Shown piece after piece: positions 28,045 to 38,283 of a stretch of 64,000 bases of DNA; position 1 is the first letter of the stretch, and each line of letters opens with the position of its first letter. The DNA is taken from contig JBIOIQ010000001.1 of assembly GCA_044449985.1 (NCBI GenBank), positions 280 through 64,279 of the forward strand, written 5' to 3'. The translations under genes and the position numbers were made by a program. The notes below the pieces were generated by a model. The model worked only from the letters and a program-made list of their open reading frames with translations. It made no database searches and was not told the DNA's origin. Source of the stretch: Candidatus Saccharimonadia bacterium (GTDB lineage Bacteria > Patescibacteriota > Saccharimonadia > UBA4664 > JBIOIQ01).

Positions 28045-29346
28045 ATGCCAAATTTGATTAAAATTACGGGGGGCAACCCCTTAGTCGGTGAGGTCACATT
28101 GAGTGGTGCTAAGAATGCTGCCACAAAGATGATGATTGCATCTCTCTTAACCAGTGATCCGGTGACGCTTCATAATTGTCCAAGGATCGGCGATGTCGAT
28201 ATTACAGCTGAAATATGCCGAGCAATTGGTACAAAAGTAAGTTTTGACGGTTCAACCGTTCATCTTCATACTCCTAAGATACTTCAAACTACAGTCAAGC
28301 ACTTAAGCCAAGCCAATAGAATCTCCGTTCTAGCAATTCCACCGCTACTGCATCGTGCTGGGAATGCTGCGGTCCCGAAAGTTAGCGGGGATAAAATAGG
28401 TTTGAGACCGGTAAATTATCACTTGGATTCACTTATAAAGATGGGTGCAAAAATTGAAGAAACCAATAAAGGTTATAAAGCAAAAGCAACCAGGCTGCAC
28501 GGTACATCCGTAACGCTGCCCTATCCAAGTGTCGGCTCAACTGAGAACATTATTCTGAGTGCCGTACTGGCCGACGGACGGACCTATATAAAGAATGCCG
28601 CCATTGAGCCTGAAATCATGGATCTCATAAAAATGCTCCAGCAAATGGGAGCTATCATTGAATTTCGGGCCAATCGAACCATAATAATCGACGGGGTCGA
28701 GCGATTGTCAGGAGTCGAATATAGCGTGATGGCCGATCGCAACGAAGCTGCATCCTACGGTGTAATGGCCGTTGCCACAGGGGGGGATATTCTGGTCAAG
28801 GGTGCCCGTCAAGAGGATTTAATGACCTTTCTTAATACCTTGCGGCGGATCGGTGCTGATTATTTTATCGAACCGGATGGCATTCGGTTCCGTCGGACAA
28901 ATGATGCCCTCCTTACCGGTGTTGAGCTTGAAACAGACACTTATCCGGGATTTATGACTGACTGGCAACAACCTATGGTAGTCCTCTTAACCCAAGCAGA
29001 TGGGATCTCCGTCATACACGAAACTGTCTACGAAGAACGCTTTGGGTACGTCGAAACGTTAAAAAACATGGGCGCGAGCGTGACGGTCTTTGCGAAGTGC
29101 TTGGGGGAATTACCTTGTCGATTTAACGGCGAAGGCTATAAACATAGCGCAGTGATAAAAGGTCCGACCCCACTGCACGCGACTACCATCGTAATCCCAG
29201 ACATCCGAGCCGGTATGGCACAAGTCATTGCGGCTCTGATTGCTGATGGAACATCGGAGCTGACCGGTCTCGAACACTTATTAAGAGGCTATGAGAATCT
29301 CCTCGACAAACTACATGCTATTGGCGCCCAGTTTGAAGCCAAATAG
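28045..29346 (+). CDS. murA: UDP-N-acetylglucosamine enolpyruvyl transferase (Cys->Asp variant)
   Basis: LSGAKNA, GDKIGLRPV, SVGSTEN, YPGFMTDWQ, PDIRAG. Confidence 0.95.
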   Translation: MPNLIKITGGNPLVGEVTLSGAKNAATKMMIASLLTSDPVTLHNCPRIGDVDITAEICRAIGTKVSFDGSTVHLHTPKILQTTVKHLSQANRISVLAIPPLLHRAGNAAVPKVSGDKIGLRPVNYHLDSLIKMGAKIEETNKGYKAKATRLHGTSVTLPYPSVGSTENIILSAVLADGRTYIKNAAIEPEIMDLIKMLQQMGAIIEFRANRTIIIDGVERLSGVEYSVMADRNEAASYGVMAVATGGDILVKGARQEDLMTFLNTLRRIGADYFIEPDGIRFRRTNDALLTGVELETDTYPGFMTDWQQPMVVLLTQADGISVIHETVYEERFGYVETLKNMGASVTVFAKCLGELPCRFNGEGYKHSAVIKGPTPLHATTIVIPDIRAGMAQVIAALIADGTSELTGLEHLLRGYENLLDKLHAIGAQFEAK

Positions 29347-29349
29347 ACT

Positions 29350-30633
29350 TTATTCGTAACGAAGTGCATCAATTGGGTTGAGGCGAGCTGCCATGGCGGC
29401 CGGATAAATCCCAAATATCAGTCCAACAGCAGTTGATACGCCAACAGCTAACGCGACTGCCCCCATAGTAATAATTGGATTTATCCCGAGAAGATGCGAG
29501 GCACCAATTCCAATCAATTTACCGAGGCCGATCCCGAGGACACCCCCAGCCAAAGTTAGCATGAGTGCTTCAGCGATAAATTGACCTAAAATATCGGAAG
29601 TTTTGGCGCCAACTGCCTTACGCAGCCCTATTTCTCGAGTTCTTTCAGTGACTGAGACGAGCATAATATTCATAATGCCGATGCCTCCAACCACCAAAGA
29701 TATTGCCGCAATCCCGGCGAGCAGCGAAGTCAATACCCCGGTGATATTACTGACCGTCGAAAGCAGATCCTTTGAAGTCAGAACCGAAAAGTCGGCCAGT
29801 TTGGCATCTTTAATCTTATGATTGGCAAGCAGTGTATTTGTGACATCAGTTTTTACCGTGTCAACATCATTACTATTATCTGCTTCTACGACCATGGCGC
29901 TAAAAGTAGTCGCATTAAATTCGCTCATGGCAGCCGTGTATGGTATGAAAGCATAGACATTGTAATTACTGAAACTATTTTCATCGGTCTGAGCCAGTAC
30001 GCCAATAATTAAGTATTTATCACTATTAATTTGAAGATACTTCCCGACCGCTGATGAGCCTACCACATTGGCGGCAAAATCATGACCTAAGACAACAACT
30101 TTTTTGCTCGCTGTAACTTCAGCCGGTGTAAATAAGCGGCCACTGCCTACGCTGAGGTTTCGAATACCAAATATGGCAGCTGATACGCCACTAATTGTTT
30201 CGCGAGTATCTTGGCCGCTTTCGTTAAAGACAGCCGATCCATTGATTGTGCCCGAGACAGCCGTAATTTTAGGATGAGCCACGTGATTACTTAGTGAAGT
30301 ATAGTCAGCGACACTAAGAGTTGATGCGGCTTGGACAAAACCGCCACCGCCTCTACCACCCCCCAACCCTCCACCTGAGCTGGAACTTGAGCTGTTGGAC
30401 GCGCTAGAACCGCCACCGGCCGAGCTGAGTTCCTGTCCCGGTGTAATCGTTAAATTATTAGGGCCGAGACTCGAGATTTTGCCACTGATACTCTGTTTTA
30501 CGCCGTTGCCAAGCGAAATTAATGCAATAACCGAGCCAATCCCGATAATTATTCCAAGGATTGTTAAAAAACTGCGTCCTTTATTTCGAAATATGGCTTT
30601 ACTGGACTGACGAAGTACCTGAAAAAGTTTCAT
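29350..30633 (-). CDS. MacB/FtsX-family ABC permease
   Basis: RSFLTILGIIIGIGSVI, GGIGIMNIMLVSVTERTREIGLRKAVGA, LNPIDALRYE. Confidence 0.93.
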   Translation of the reverse strand: MKLFQVLRQSSKAIFRNKGRSFLTILGIIIGIGSVIALISLGNGVKQSISGKISSLGPNNLTITPGQELSSAGGGSSASNSSSSSSGGGLGGGRGGGGFVQAASTLSVADYTSLSNHVAHPKITAVSGTINGSAVFNESGQDTRETISGVSAAIFGIRNLSVGSGRLFTPAEVTASKKVVVLGHDFAANVVGSSAVGKYLQINSDKYLIIGVLAQTDENSFSNYNVYAFIPYTAAMSEFNATTFSAMVVEADNSNDVDTVKTDVTNTLLANHKIKDAKLADFSVLTSKDLLSTVSNITGVLTSLLAGIAAISLVVGGIGIMNIMLVSVTERTREIGLRKAVGAKTSDILGQFIAEALMLTLAGGVLGIGLGKLIGIGASHLLGINPIITMGAVALAVGVSTAVGLIFGIYPAAMAARLNPIDALRYE

Positions 30634-31421
30634 AACCTTATGATCCTTGGCCGCGCAGCGGGCCGATTGGGTTTTGGCGTTGGTCGAACCACTGGCTGCT
30701 CGGGAGCTTCAGGTTCACCCAGTTTAATAGCTGTTTCGGTAATATGATCTGATACAATTTTGCCGTCAATAACACGAACAATCCGTGAAGCATACCGAGC
30801 AACTTCGGGCTCATGCGTAATTAAAACGACCGTTGCGCCAGCCTGATTAATTTCGCGCAAAATCTCCATAACTTCTGCGCTTCGTTTACTATCCAGATTT
30901 CCGGTCGGTTCGTCAGCCAGAATAATCGACGGATCCATGATCAAGGCTCGGGCAATCGCGACCCTTTGGATCTGACCCCCAGAAAGTTGGTTGCTTTTAT
31001 TCTTGATGCGCTCTTTTAAGCCGACTCGATCGATTAAACTTTTGGCGTGTTCGGTTGGATTCTTAATTTTGCCGTATATCGTTGGCAGTAAGACGTTTTC
31101 TAGGACTGACGTTCTTGGCAATAAATTAAACTGCTGAAAGACGAAGCCGATTTCACGGTTTCGTATGCCGGCTTGCTTGCGCTTACTTATTTTTGAGACG
31201 TCTCTGCCATCAAGTAAATACCGCCCTTTTGAGGGACGATCAAGCAGACCGATAATATGCATAAGCGTTGATTTACCGGACCCAGAAGGCCCCATGATAG
31301 CTACAAACTCACCCTTAGCTACCGTCATATTTATATTATCGAGGGCTATCGTATCTTCGTCACCGGTTCGATAGATTTTCGAAATATCCGAAAGTTCGAT
31401 TACATTTTGTGCGTCACTCAC
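30630..31421 (-). CDS. MacB/LolD-type ABC ATPase (start likely GTG 31421)
   Basis: GPSGSGKS, LSGGQIQRVAIARAL, ADEPTGNLD. Confidence 0.92.
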   Translation of the reverse strand: MSDAQNVIELSDISKIYRTGDEDTIALDNINMTVAKGEFVAIMGPSGSGKSTLMHIIGLLDRPSKGRYLLDGRDVSKISKRKQAGIRNREIGFVFQQFNLLPRTSVLENVLLPTIYGKIKNPTEHAKSLIDRVGLKERIKNKSNQLSGGQIQRVAIARALIMDPSIILADEPTGNLDSKRSAEVMEILREINQAGATVVLITHEPEVARYASRIVRVIDGKIVSDHITETAIKLGEPEAPEQPVVRPTPKPNRPAARPRIIRL

Positions 31422-31542
31422 TTGTCCATTAAACAAGCTCGAGAACTTAAAGTCAAAGCGTAGTCGCCCTAATAAGACGGCATATTCTCGGCTGCTACAG
31501 AGTAAATTCGACAATTATACATTTGGACTTTAATATAACGAT

Positions 31543-32364
31543 ATGTCGTTAACTCCCACAAGCCCATCCAACATTATTATCGAAGTCGTGGATCTCGAGA
31601 AAAGATTTGGTGATTTCACCGCGGTCAATAAAATAAGTTTTTCTGTTCGAACCGGACAAATATTTGGCTTTCTAGGTCCGAATGGAGCCGGAAAGAGTAC
31701 CACTATTAAAATGCTCACTACCTTACTTGCGCCCAGCTCGGGGACGCTCAAACTGGCTGGATTTGACGTTGCTAAAGAGCAAGCCGAGACGAGAAAGAGT
31801 TTCGGTATTGTATTTCAGGATCCAAGCGTAGATGAAGATTTAACGGCACTTGAGAATATGCAGGTTCACGCAGCGCTCTATGGTCTATCTAACAAAGATA
31901 TTAATGGCCGAACTAAAGAACTGCTCGATTTGGTTGAATTGTGGGACCGCCGGAACAACCAAGTTAAAACTTTTTCCGGGGGCATGAAACGACGACTCGA
32001 AATAGCACGCGGACTGCTGCATCACCCCAAAGTATTATTTCTCGACGAGCCGACACTTGGTCTTGATACGCAGACCAGAAACCTGCTCTGGAGTTACGTC
32101 AAAGCTTTAGTCAAAAGCGAAGGTATGACGGTATTTTTTACGACTCATTATTTGGAAGAAGCAGAAGAAATCGCCGATGAGATAGCAATTATTGATCATG
32201 GGGTGATCGTTGCGCATGGATCTAGCGCACATTTAATGTCCTATACCAATACTGAAACCCTCGAGGAAGCATACTTAAAACTAACCGGTAAAGCCGTACG
32301 CGATGAAACTGCAGATCCGAAAGATAGTTTGCGTACTCGCAGACGAGCTAGGGGATCAAGATGA
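31543..32364 (+). CDS. DrrA-like ABC exporter ATPase
   Basis: GPNGAGKST, FSGGMKRRLEIARG, LDEPTLGLD. Confidence 0.92.
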   Translation: MSLTPTSPSNIIIEVVDLEKRFGDFTAVNKISFSVRTGQIFGFLGPNGAGKSTTIKMLTTLLAPSSGTLKLAGFDVAKEQAETRKSFGIVFQDPSVDEDLTALENMQVHAALYGLSNKDINGRTKELLDLVELWDRRNNQVKTFSGGMKRRLEIARGLLHHPKVLFLDEPTLGLDTQTRNLLWSYVKALVKSEGMTVFFTTHYLEEAEEIADEIAIIDHGVIVAHGSSAHLMSYTNTETLEEAYLKLTGKAVRDETADPKDSLRTRRRARGSR

Positions 32365-33113
32365 GTTTAAACGTAATTTATACCCTGTGGCTACGACAAC
32401 TTAAGAAGTATTTTAGGGCTCGTTCAAGAATCATTGGAGCTATCGGGCAGCCCCTATTATTCTTAGTGGCGCTAGGATACGGACTCGGATCGGTTTTTCA
32501 GAGGGCGGGAGAAGGAAATTACTTAAGATTTTTAGTTCCGGGAATTATGGCCCAAACCGTCTTATTTTCGGCGGTCTTCTTTGGTATCAATATAATTTTC
32601 GATAAACAGTTCGGCTTTTTAAAAGAGACCCTCGTCGCACCGGTCTCAAGACTTACAATAATGCTTGGGGGTGCGCTCGGAGGCGCCACGACTTCGGTCA
32701 TGCAGGGCATTTTGGTGTTCATCATTGCCTTATTTATGGGTTTTCGACCTTACAATTATGCGACGCTTCCGCTGTCGCTGTTAGTGCTCGTCATATTGTC
32801 GGTCGCGCTGACTTGTTTTAGCTCTGGATTTGGTGCAATTGTGAATGATTTTCAAGGCTTTCAAGCCATTAACCAATTTCTAATTTTCCCATTATTCTTT
32901 CTTTCAGGGTCACTCTACCCCTTGACCAACGCTCCAACCGCTCTGCGCATCATCGCAGATCTTAATCCTCTAAGTTACGCAGTTGATGCCCTCAGGGCTA
33001 GTTTGATTAATCAAAGTCATTATGGGTACGCCAAAGATTTTAGTGTACTCTTCGTGACCGTCATAATACTGATGAGTTTTGGGGCGTATCAATTCCGCCG
33101 CATCCAAGTTTAG
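32361..33113 (+). CDS. ABC-2 type permease (DrrB-like)
   Basis: FLVPGIMA, FGFLKETLVAPVSR, NPLSYAVDALR. Confidence 0.9.
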   Translation: MSLNVIYTLWLRQLKKYFRARSRIIGAIGQPLLFLVALGYGLGSVFQRAGEGNYLRFLVPGIMAQTVLFSAVFFGINIIFDKQFGFLKETLVAPVSRLTIMLGGALGGATTSVMQGILVFIIALFMGFRPYNYATLPLSLLVLVILSVALTCFSSGFGAIVNDFQGFQAINQFLIFPLFFLSGSLYPLTNAPTALRIIADLNPLSYAVDALRASLINQSHYGYAKDFSVLFVTVIILMSFGAYQFRRIQV

Positions 33114-33179
33114 CTGGATCTTGATTGGTAGTTTTTCGTTTCTAGTGGGATAATTAAACCTAATAAGAAGGCAAGGCTG

Positions 33180-34070
33180 ATGGAAATTGCTCTCGAGACT
33201 AAAGGTCTTTCGAAATTCTACAACGATCTAGTGGCACTCGACTCGCTTAACTTAAGCGTCAAAAAAGGCGAAGTACTGGGATTCTTAGGACCAAACGGGG
33301 CAGGCAAAACCACGACGATTCGAGCTATTCTTGGCCTGATTAAACCTTCAGCCGGTACCGCCGAAATTTTTGGTCTCGACGTTTCGACGCATAAAGTCGA
33401 AACTCATAAGAAAATTGCCTACGTACCGGGGGAAGCCACTTTTTGGCCGGGACTGACAGGAGAAGAAACTTTGCATCTGCTAGCCAAGTTGCACGGCAAA
33501 GTTGACGAGCAGTATCAGGCGCATTTAGTAAAACTATTTGATTTTGAACCAAGTCGAAAAGTTAGGACCTATTCGAAAGGAAATAAGCAGAAAATAAACT
33601 TAATAGCAGCCCTTGCTACTAGAGCCGAACTCTTGATATTAGACGAACCGACCAGTGGTCTTGATCCGATCATGGAACAGGCTTTTCGGGAATGTATCTT
33701 AGAAGCTAAATCTGCCGGACAAACCGTTTTTTTGTCATCGCACATTCTCGAAGAAGTAGAAGCTTTATGTGATCGAATAGGCATTTTGAGAAAAGGTAAG
33801 CTGGTCGAACTGGGCACGTTATCTGAGCTTAGACACCTGTCGGCGGTAACTATCGAAGCAACATTTCTGGGTAAAGTTCCAGATGTTTCTAAAGTCAGTG
33901 GGGTGAAGCGAGTCAAAGTTACCGGGCATAAACTTGAGTGTCAGGTCCACGGATCGATTGAGCCTCTTTTGGTTTTGTTATCTAAAACTGACATCGTGAA
34001 ACTGCTTTCACGCGAACCTTCACTTGAAGAGCTGTTCTTAACCCTCTACGGCACAGACGAGAAAGAGTAG
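33180..34070 (+). CDS. ABC exporter ATPase
   Basis: GPNGAGKTT, YSKGNKQK, LDEPTSGLDP. Confidence 0.92.
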   Translation: MEIALETKGLSKFYNDLVALDSLNLSVKKGEVLGFLGPNGAGKTTTIRAILGLIKPSAGTAEIFGLDVSTHKVETHKKIAYVPGEATFWPGLTGEETLHLLAKLHGKVDEQYQAHLVKLFDFEPSRKVRTYSKGNKQKINLIAALATRAELLILDEPTSGLDPIMEQAFRECILEAKSAGQTVFLSSHILEEVEALCDRIGILRKGKLVELGTLSELRHLSAVTIEATFLGKVPDVSKVSGVKRVKVTGHKLECQVHGSIEPLLVLLSKTDIVKLLSREPSLEELFLTLYGTDEKE

Positions 34071-34071
34071 T

Positions 34072-35721
34072 TTGATGAATGATAACCATCCGTCAAAGCT
34101 AAAGTCATTTCGTTCCCCTCAAACCGTTATTGCAAGGTTTGTTGCCGGGCAAACGGTCAAGACTGCGGCGTTCTGGGCACTTATTTTTGGATTTTATGTT
34201 GCTTCCAAATCGTTGGGATTCGCAACCGCCTATCCAACTGCAGCCGGAAGAGCCCACCTGGTTAGTTCGCTGGGGTCAAACATCGGGCTGATTGCGATCT
34301 TAGGGAAACCCCAACTAGTATCAACCGTAAAAGGCTGGGCAGCCTGGAATACGCTACTGGTTGTTACCGTTGTGGGAGCCATCTGGGGTCTTTTGCTCGC
34401 GACCAAACGCTTCCGGGGTGAGGAAGCCATGGGTCGCTGGGAAATTCTGTTAAGCGGTTTAACAACGCCTCGAAAGGCCGCTGTCAATGTGCTGGCCGGA
34501 CTAGGTTTTAGTTTCGCCGTGCTGTTGGCTATCACGAGTGTTAGCTTTATCGTGATCGGGCGCATCCATACGGTTGATTTTTCAGTTTCAAGTGCTCTGT
34601 TCTTTGCACTGGCTTCAGTTTTGGGTGCAGCAGAATTTTTAGCAATTGGTAGCCTAGCCTCTCAACTCATGCCCACAAGAAGTCGAGCTGCCAGCCTGGC
34701 GGCGGCAATCTTTGGTATAAGTTTCATCATTCGCGCAAGCGGAGATATATCATCTTATCATTGGCTACTTAATATCTCGCCGCTAGGATGGATTGAGAAC
34801 TTGCAGCCTCTTTCTCATAGTCAACCTATTTGGTTAATCCCAATATTTTCAATGATCACGCTACTACTTCTACTAACTGTGATTTTAGCTGGCAGTCGCG
34901 ATCTAGGGGCGGCAACATTTCCAGATAAAGACACTTCGCGCCCTCACTTTGGTTTGCTTAACTCAACTTTTGCCTCATCGGTGCGGCTGGCTCGGACTTC
35001 AATTATTTCCTGGCTCATCGCCGGGATGGGTATAGCCTACTTTTTTGCAATTCTTACAAGAACGGCTGCTCAAGCATTTCAAGCTTCATTAAGTGCAGAA
35101 AAAGTACTTTCAAGACTGGCACAGGTCTCGCAAGACTTCGGAGCGAAAACTTTCCTGGGAATAATCTTTTTTTTCTTGATGATTTTATTTATGGCATATA
35201 GCGCCAGTGCTCTGGGGGCAATTCGAGAAGATGAAGCTTCGGGTTATCTCGACAACATCATAGTTCGTCCGATAGGGAGGTTACGATGGATCGGTGATCG
35301 AATACTGCTACTCATATCTTCGCTTGTCCTGATCGGAACATTGTCATCTCTGACCGTATGGATTGGTAGCCACGGCCAAACGGGGGGGATTTCCCTCCAA
35401 ATCTTTCTTAGCGCCGGGATTAACAGCCTCATTCCCGCAATCTTTATCGCCGGGCTAGGAATTTTGGCTTTGGGATTCTGGCCCAGATTTTGCTCAACCA
35501 TAACTTTCGGAGTTTTAGCTTGGTCGTTTTTACTTGAAATGGTCAGCTCGGGAATTAATTTAAACCATTGGATTGCTGACACATCTATCTTGCATCATAT
35601 TTTACTTGCCCCGGCCTCATCGCCCAACTGGCATGGCGATCTGATAATTACCTGTATTAGCCTCGTATTAGCGCTCTTCGGAATCTGGAAATTTAATATT
35701 CGAGACTTAGCCAGCGAATAA
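34072..35721 (+). CDS. Duplicated ABC-2 permease (polyether/tetronasin-exporter-like)
   Basis: Two halves with RGEEAMGRWEILLS and REDEASGYLDNII; ends RDL. Confidence 0.8.
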   Translation: MMNDNHPSKLKSFRSPQTVIARFVAGQTVKTAAFWALIFGFYVASKSLGFATAYPTAAGRAHLVSSLGSNIGLIAILGKPQLVSTVKGWAAWNTLLVVTVVGAIWGLLLATKRFRGEEAMGRWEILLSGLTTPRKAAVNVLAGLGFSFAVLLAITSVSFIVIGRIHTVDFSVSSALFFALASVLGAAEFLAIGSLASQLMPTRSRAASLAAAIFGISFIIRASGDISSYHWLLNISPLGWIENLQPLSHSQPIWLIPIFSMITLLLLLTVILAGSRDLGAATFPDKDTSRPHFGLLNSTFASSVRLARTSIISWLIAGMGIAYFFAILTRTAAQAFQASLSAEKVLSRLAQVSQDFGAKTFLGIIFFFLMILFMAYSASALGAIREDEASGYLDNIIVRPIGRLRWIGDRILLLISSLVLIGTLSSLTVWIGSHGQTGGISLQIFLSAGINSLIPAIFIAGLGILALGFWPRFCSTITFGVLAWSFLLEMVSSGINLNHWIADTSILHHILLAPASSPNWHGDLIITCISLVLALFGIWKFNIRDLASE

Positions 35722-35839
35722 CAAACGACGGCTCACCTATATACCTGCGCATAACAATTTGTGGTCTGTTTCGTTTTTCTTTTGACAAGCCAAAATCTTT
35801 AGGTTTATAGTGAAGCTAAATTAACGAGGTAGTAATAAA

Positions 35840-36259
35840 ATGTTTGCACAAGTCTCCGTTTGGGGTGTCTTGCTCGCAGCCGCGTCAGCTATGATCGTAG
35901 GTACCCTTTGGTATAGCACATCCATGTTCGGGAAAACGTGGATGAAAGGAATTGGCATAACAGATGCCGAGATGAAAAAAAAGATGAACAGCACAATGCT
36001 CGTGTTAATAGCAGCATCGCTCGCAACGGCTTATGTTTTGAGCCTGTTTACGGTTTATTTCCATAGTTACGTTGGTGGCAGTTGGGTGATGGCAGGATTT
36101 GATACCGCGCTTCTAGCCTGGTTCGGACTTGGTCTCACCGCAATTTTTGCGCACGGAGCATTTGATCCAAGAGATATTAAGGTACTCTATATTAATGCTG
36201 GCAATCGGTTAGTAACGCTCGTCATTATGGGCCTCATTATTGGCTATTTTTTACGCTAA
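35840..36259 (+). CDS. DUF1761-family membrane protein
   Basis: GTLWYS..FGKTWM, YINAG. Confidence 0.8.
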   Translation: MFAQVSVWGVLLAAASAMIVGTLWYSTSMFGKTWMKGIGITDAEMKKKMNSTMLVLIAASLATAYVLSLFTVYFHSYVGGSWVMAGFDTALLAWFGLGLTAIFAHGAFDPRDIKVLYINAGNRLVTLVIMGLIIGYFLR

Positions 36260-36270
36260 TAACGCTAATC

Positions 36271-36296
36271 AAAAAGAGGCTTCGGCCTCTTTTTTT
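36271..36296 (+). terminator. Intrinsic terminator
   Basis: AAAAAGAGGC-TTCG-GCCTCTTTTTTT. Confidence 0.85.
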
Positions 36297-36412
36297 GTGC
36301 CAACATACCCACGCGGAAATCCCTTTTCGGCTTACGAATATTTTGGCTGAATATGATGCTTTTTATGGTTCTCAGCAAAAAGTCAGCTTCAAGCGGTATA
36401 ATCTGAAATTGT

Positions 36413-37540
36413 ATGAATAAATACATTGTGAGCCGAACTAAAATAGTCGGGAAAAACACGCTCCATTTGAGCCTGGCTCCCAAAACTCCCGAAGACCGGA
36501 TGAGGTTTTATCCTGGTCAATATGTGGCGCTATCTTACAAGGTAGGTTTAAGAACCTCGCCGATGCGTTGTTTCTCAATTCTTAGTTCGCCGAAAAACGC
36601 CGGAGAACTTCAGTTTGGTATCCGAATTCAAGGCGATTTTACGAGATCTCTAGCGAGTTTAACAATCGGCGAAACGGTACTGGTACAAGGCCCCTTCGGG
36701 GAGTTTGTAATTGATGAATCTTATGATCGAAGCGTAATACTGCTCGCCGGCGGGATTGGCGTTACTCCATTTCTTAGCATGATTAGACACTCAACGGAGG
36801 CCCAAAGGCCTACGCCAATCACCCTTCTCTATAGCTCCCAGTCTCAAGATGATGTGCCGTTTTATGAAGAACTGATTGAACTTGAGCGACTTAATCCGCG
36901 TTTTAGAGTAGCGTTCTTTATTACGAATGGCCCAGTGAGTAAGCTGACACGTGGTCATGTCTATTCCGGAAGGGTTGATGAAGACGTTTTCTTACAGATA
37001 ACAAAAGGACACTTTAACCACTTTAGTTACTTTATCTGTGGCCCTAAAGGTTTCATGAAAGGCATGAAATCGATACTAACCAGCCACCGAACTGATTCAA
37101 ACCGCATCGTCTCGGAAGAATTTTCGCCGTCAAACCAACTGATTGCAAATATTGCCCCAAAAGATAGCGCCTCGCGCTGGACCTATGCCATAAGTGCGGC
37201 TTCGATTGTCGTCGGATCGGCATTCGTTATGTTTGTTGATCTTGCGCGAGTTGTGCCTAAACAACTCCAAGCTGATGCCTCTCAATCGGCCGCCATCACC
37301 CAGTCCCAGTCCACGCCAAGTACGCCTACAAGTTCAGCGAGCTCAAGCGTAACAACTACCCCCTTATCGCAAGCTCAAACGAACACTAATTCAAGCTCAA
37401 ATAGTTCAGCGAGTTCGTCAACCCAGTCTAGTTCAGCACAATCCTCTCAATCGACTGCTTCGAGCTCGACTCCGACGCAAACTACTACGACTCAATCAAC
37501 ACCGACGTATTACCAACAACCCGTCACTTCAGTATCCTAA
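36413..37540 (+). CDS. FNR-type FAD/NAD(P)H oxidoreductase with C-terminal TM and Ser/Thr-rich tail
   Basis: FYPGQY, RCFSILSSP, GPFGEF, AGGIGVTPF, FICGP, EEF; then TM and a low-complexity tail ending PVTSVS. Confidence 0.85.
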   Translation: MNKYIVSRTKIVGKNTLHLSLAPKTPEDRMRFYPGQYVALSYKVGLRTSPMRCFSILSSPKNAGELQFGIRIQGDFTRSLASLTIGETVLVQGPFGEFVIDESYDRSVILLAGGIGVTPFLSMIRHSTEAQRPTPITLLYSSQSQDDVPFYEELIELERLNPRFRVAFFITNGPVSKLTRGHVYSGRVDEDVFLQITKGHFNHFSYFICGPKGFMKGMKSILTSHRTDSNRIVSEEFSPSNQLIANIAPKDSASRWTYAISAASIVVGSAFVMFVDLARVVPKQLQADASQSAAITQSQSTPSTPTSSASSSVTTTPLSQAQTNTNSSSNSSASSSTQSSSAQSSQSTASSSTPTQTTTTQSTPTYYQQPVTSVS

Positions 37541-37583
37541 TGCCAAAAACTTTTGAGCTGATCAACAAAACGAGGGTTCACTA

Positions 37584-38225
37584 ATGCTGCACTCCCTTAC
37601 ATTTGTCCAAAACTTTGGGGGATCAAGCGCGTTTCAGATTGTGGCCGAAAGAGTCAGCGCCTCCTGGCCTTGGTACGTCATTAGAGCGGCTGGTTTTATC
37701 GCTGCCGGACTCATAATAATCCTTATGCTTTCAGGTATTGGGCAAGTTACAGGACTGTCGTATCGGATTGTTGAGCCAATCAAGGCTTGGGCAATTCATA
37801 AGGCCCTCGCAATTGCACTTTGTGTTAGTATTGCAATCCACGTGGGCTTTTTACTAATGGATCATTTTATTCACTTTTCGCTGGCCCAAATTCTCATTCC
37901 CTTTACTTCCACTTACAATAATGGCACAGTCTTTAGCGGACTCGCGCTTGGAGGAGTTGCGATCGCCTTGGGGGTACTGGCGATGTATGGGGTAGTGGTA
38001 ATCGTTTTAAGCTCACTCGGGTGGATTGATTCCAGAAGGAATTTATGGCATCAACTACATTATATATCCTACGCGGTTGCACTATTTGTCTTTCTGCATG
38101 CGCTCTATTCGGGGAGTGATCTAAAATACGGCCTTTCCCGCCAGTTATGGGTAGCAATTGGGCTAGTAATAGTAGTCGGGATAATAAGCCGACTTTGGCG
38201 TTCGGGGACTAAAAAAATAGCCTAA
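37584..38225 (+). CDS. Ferric-reductase-like (MsrQ-like) heme-b membrane protein
   Basis: WYVIRAAG, two His pairs (AIHKAL..AIHV; QLHYISY..FLHAL), GSD. Confidence 0.8.
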   Translation: MLHSLTFVQNFGGSSAFQIVAERVSASWPWYVIRAAGFIAAGLIIILMLSGIGQVTGLSYRIVEPIKAWAIHKALAIALCVSIAIHVGFLLMDHFIHFSLAQILIPFTSTYNNGTVFSGLALGGVAIALGVLAMYGVVVIVLSSLGWIDSRRNLWHQLHYISYAVALFVFLHALYSGSDLKYGLSRQLWVAIGLVIVVGIISRLWRSGTKKIA

Positions 38226-38283
38226 ACGCACATTGGGGTAATGCCACTTCGGATATACAAATTTATGTTATGCTTGGATCAAC

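Noticed and set aside
37270-37510. Tandem-repeat-like DNA
   Set aside because: Explained by the Ser/Thr/Gln low-complexity coding linker
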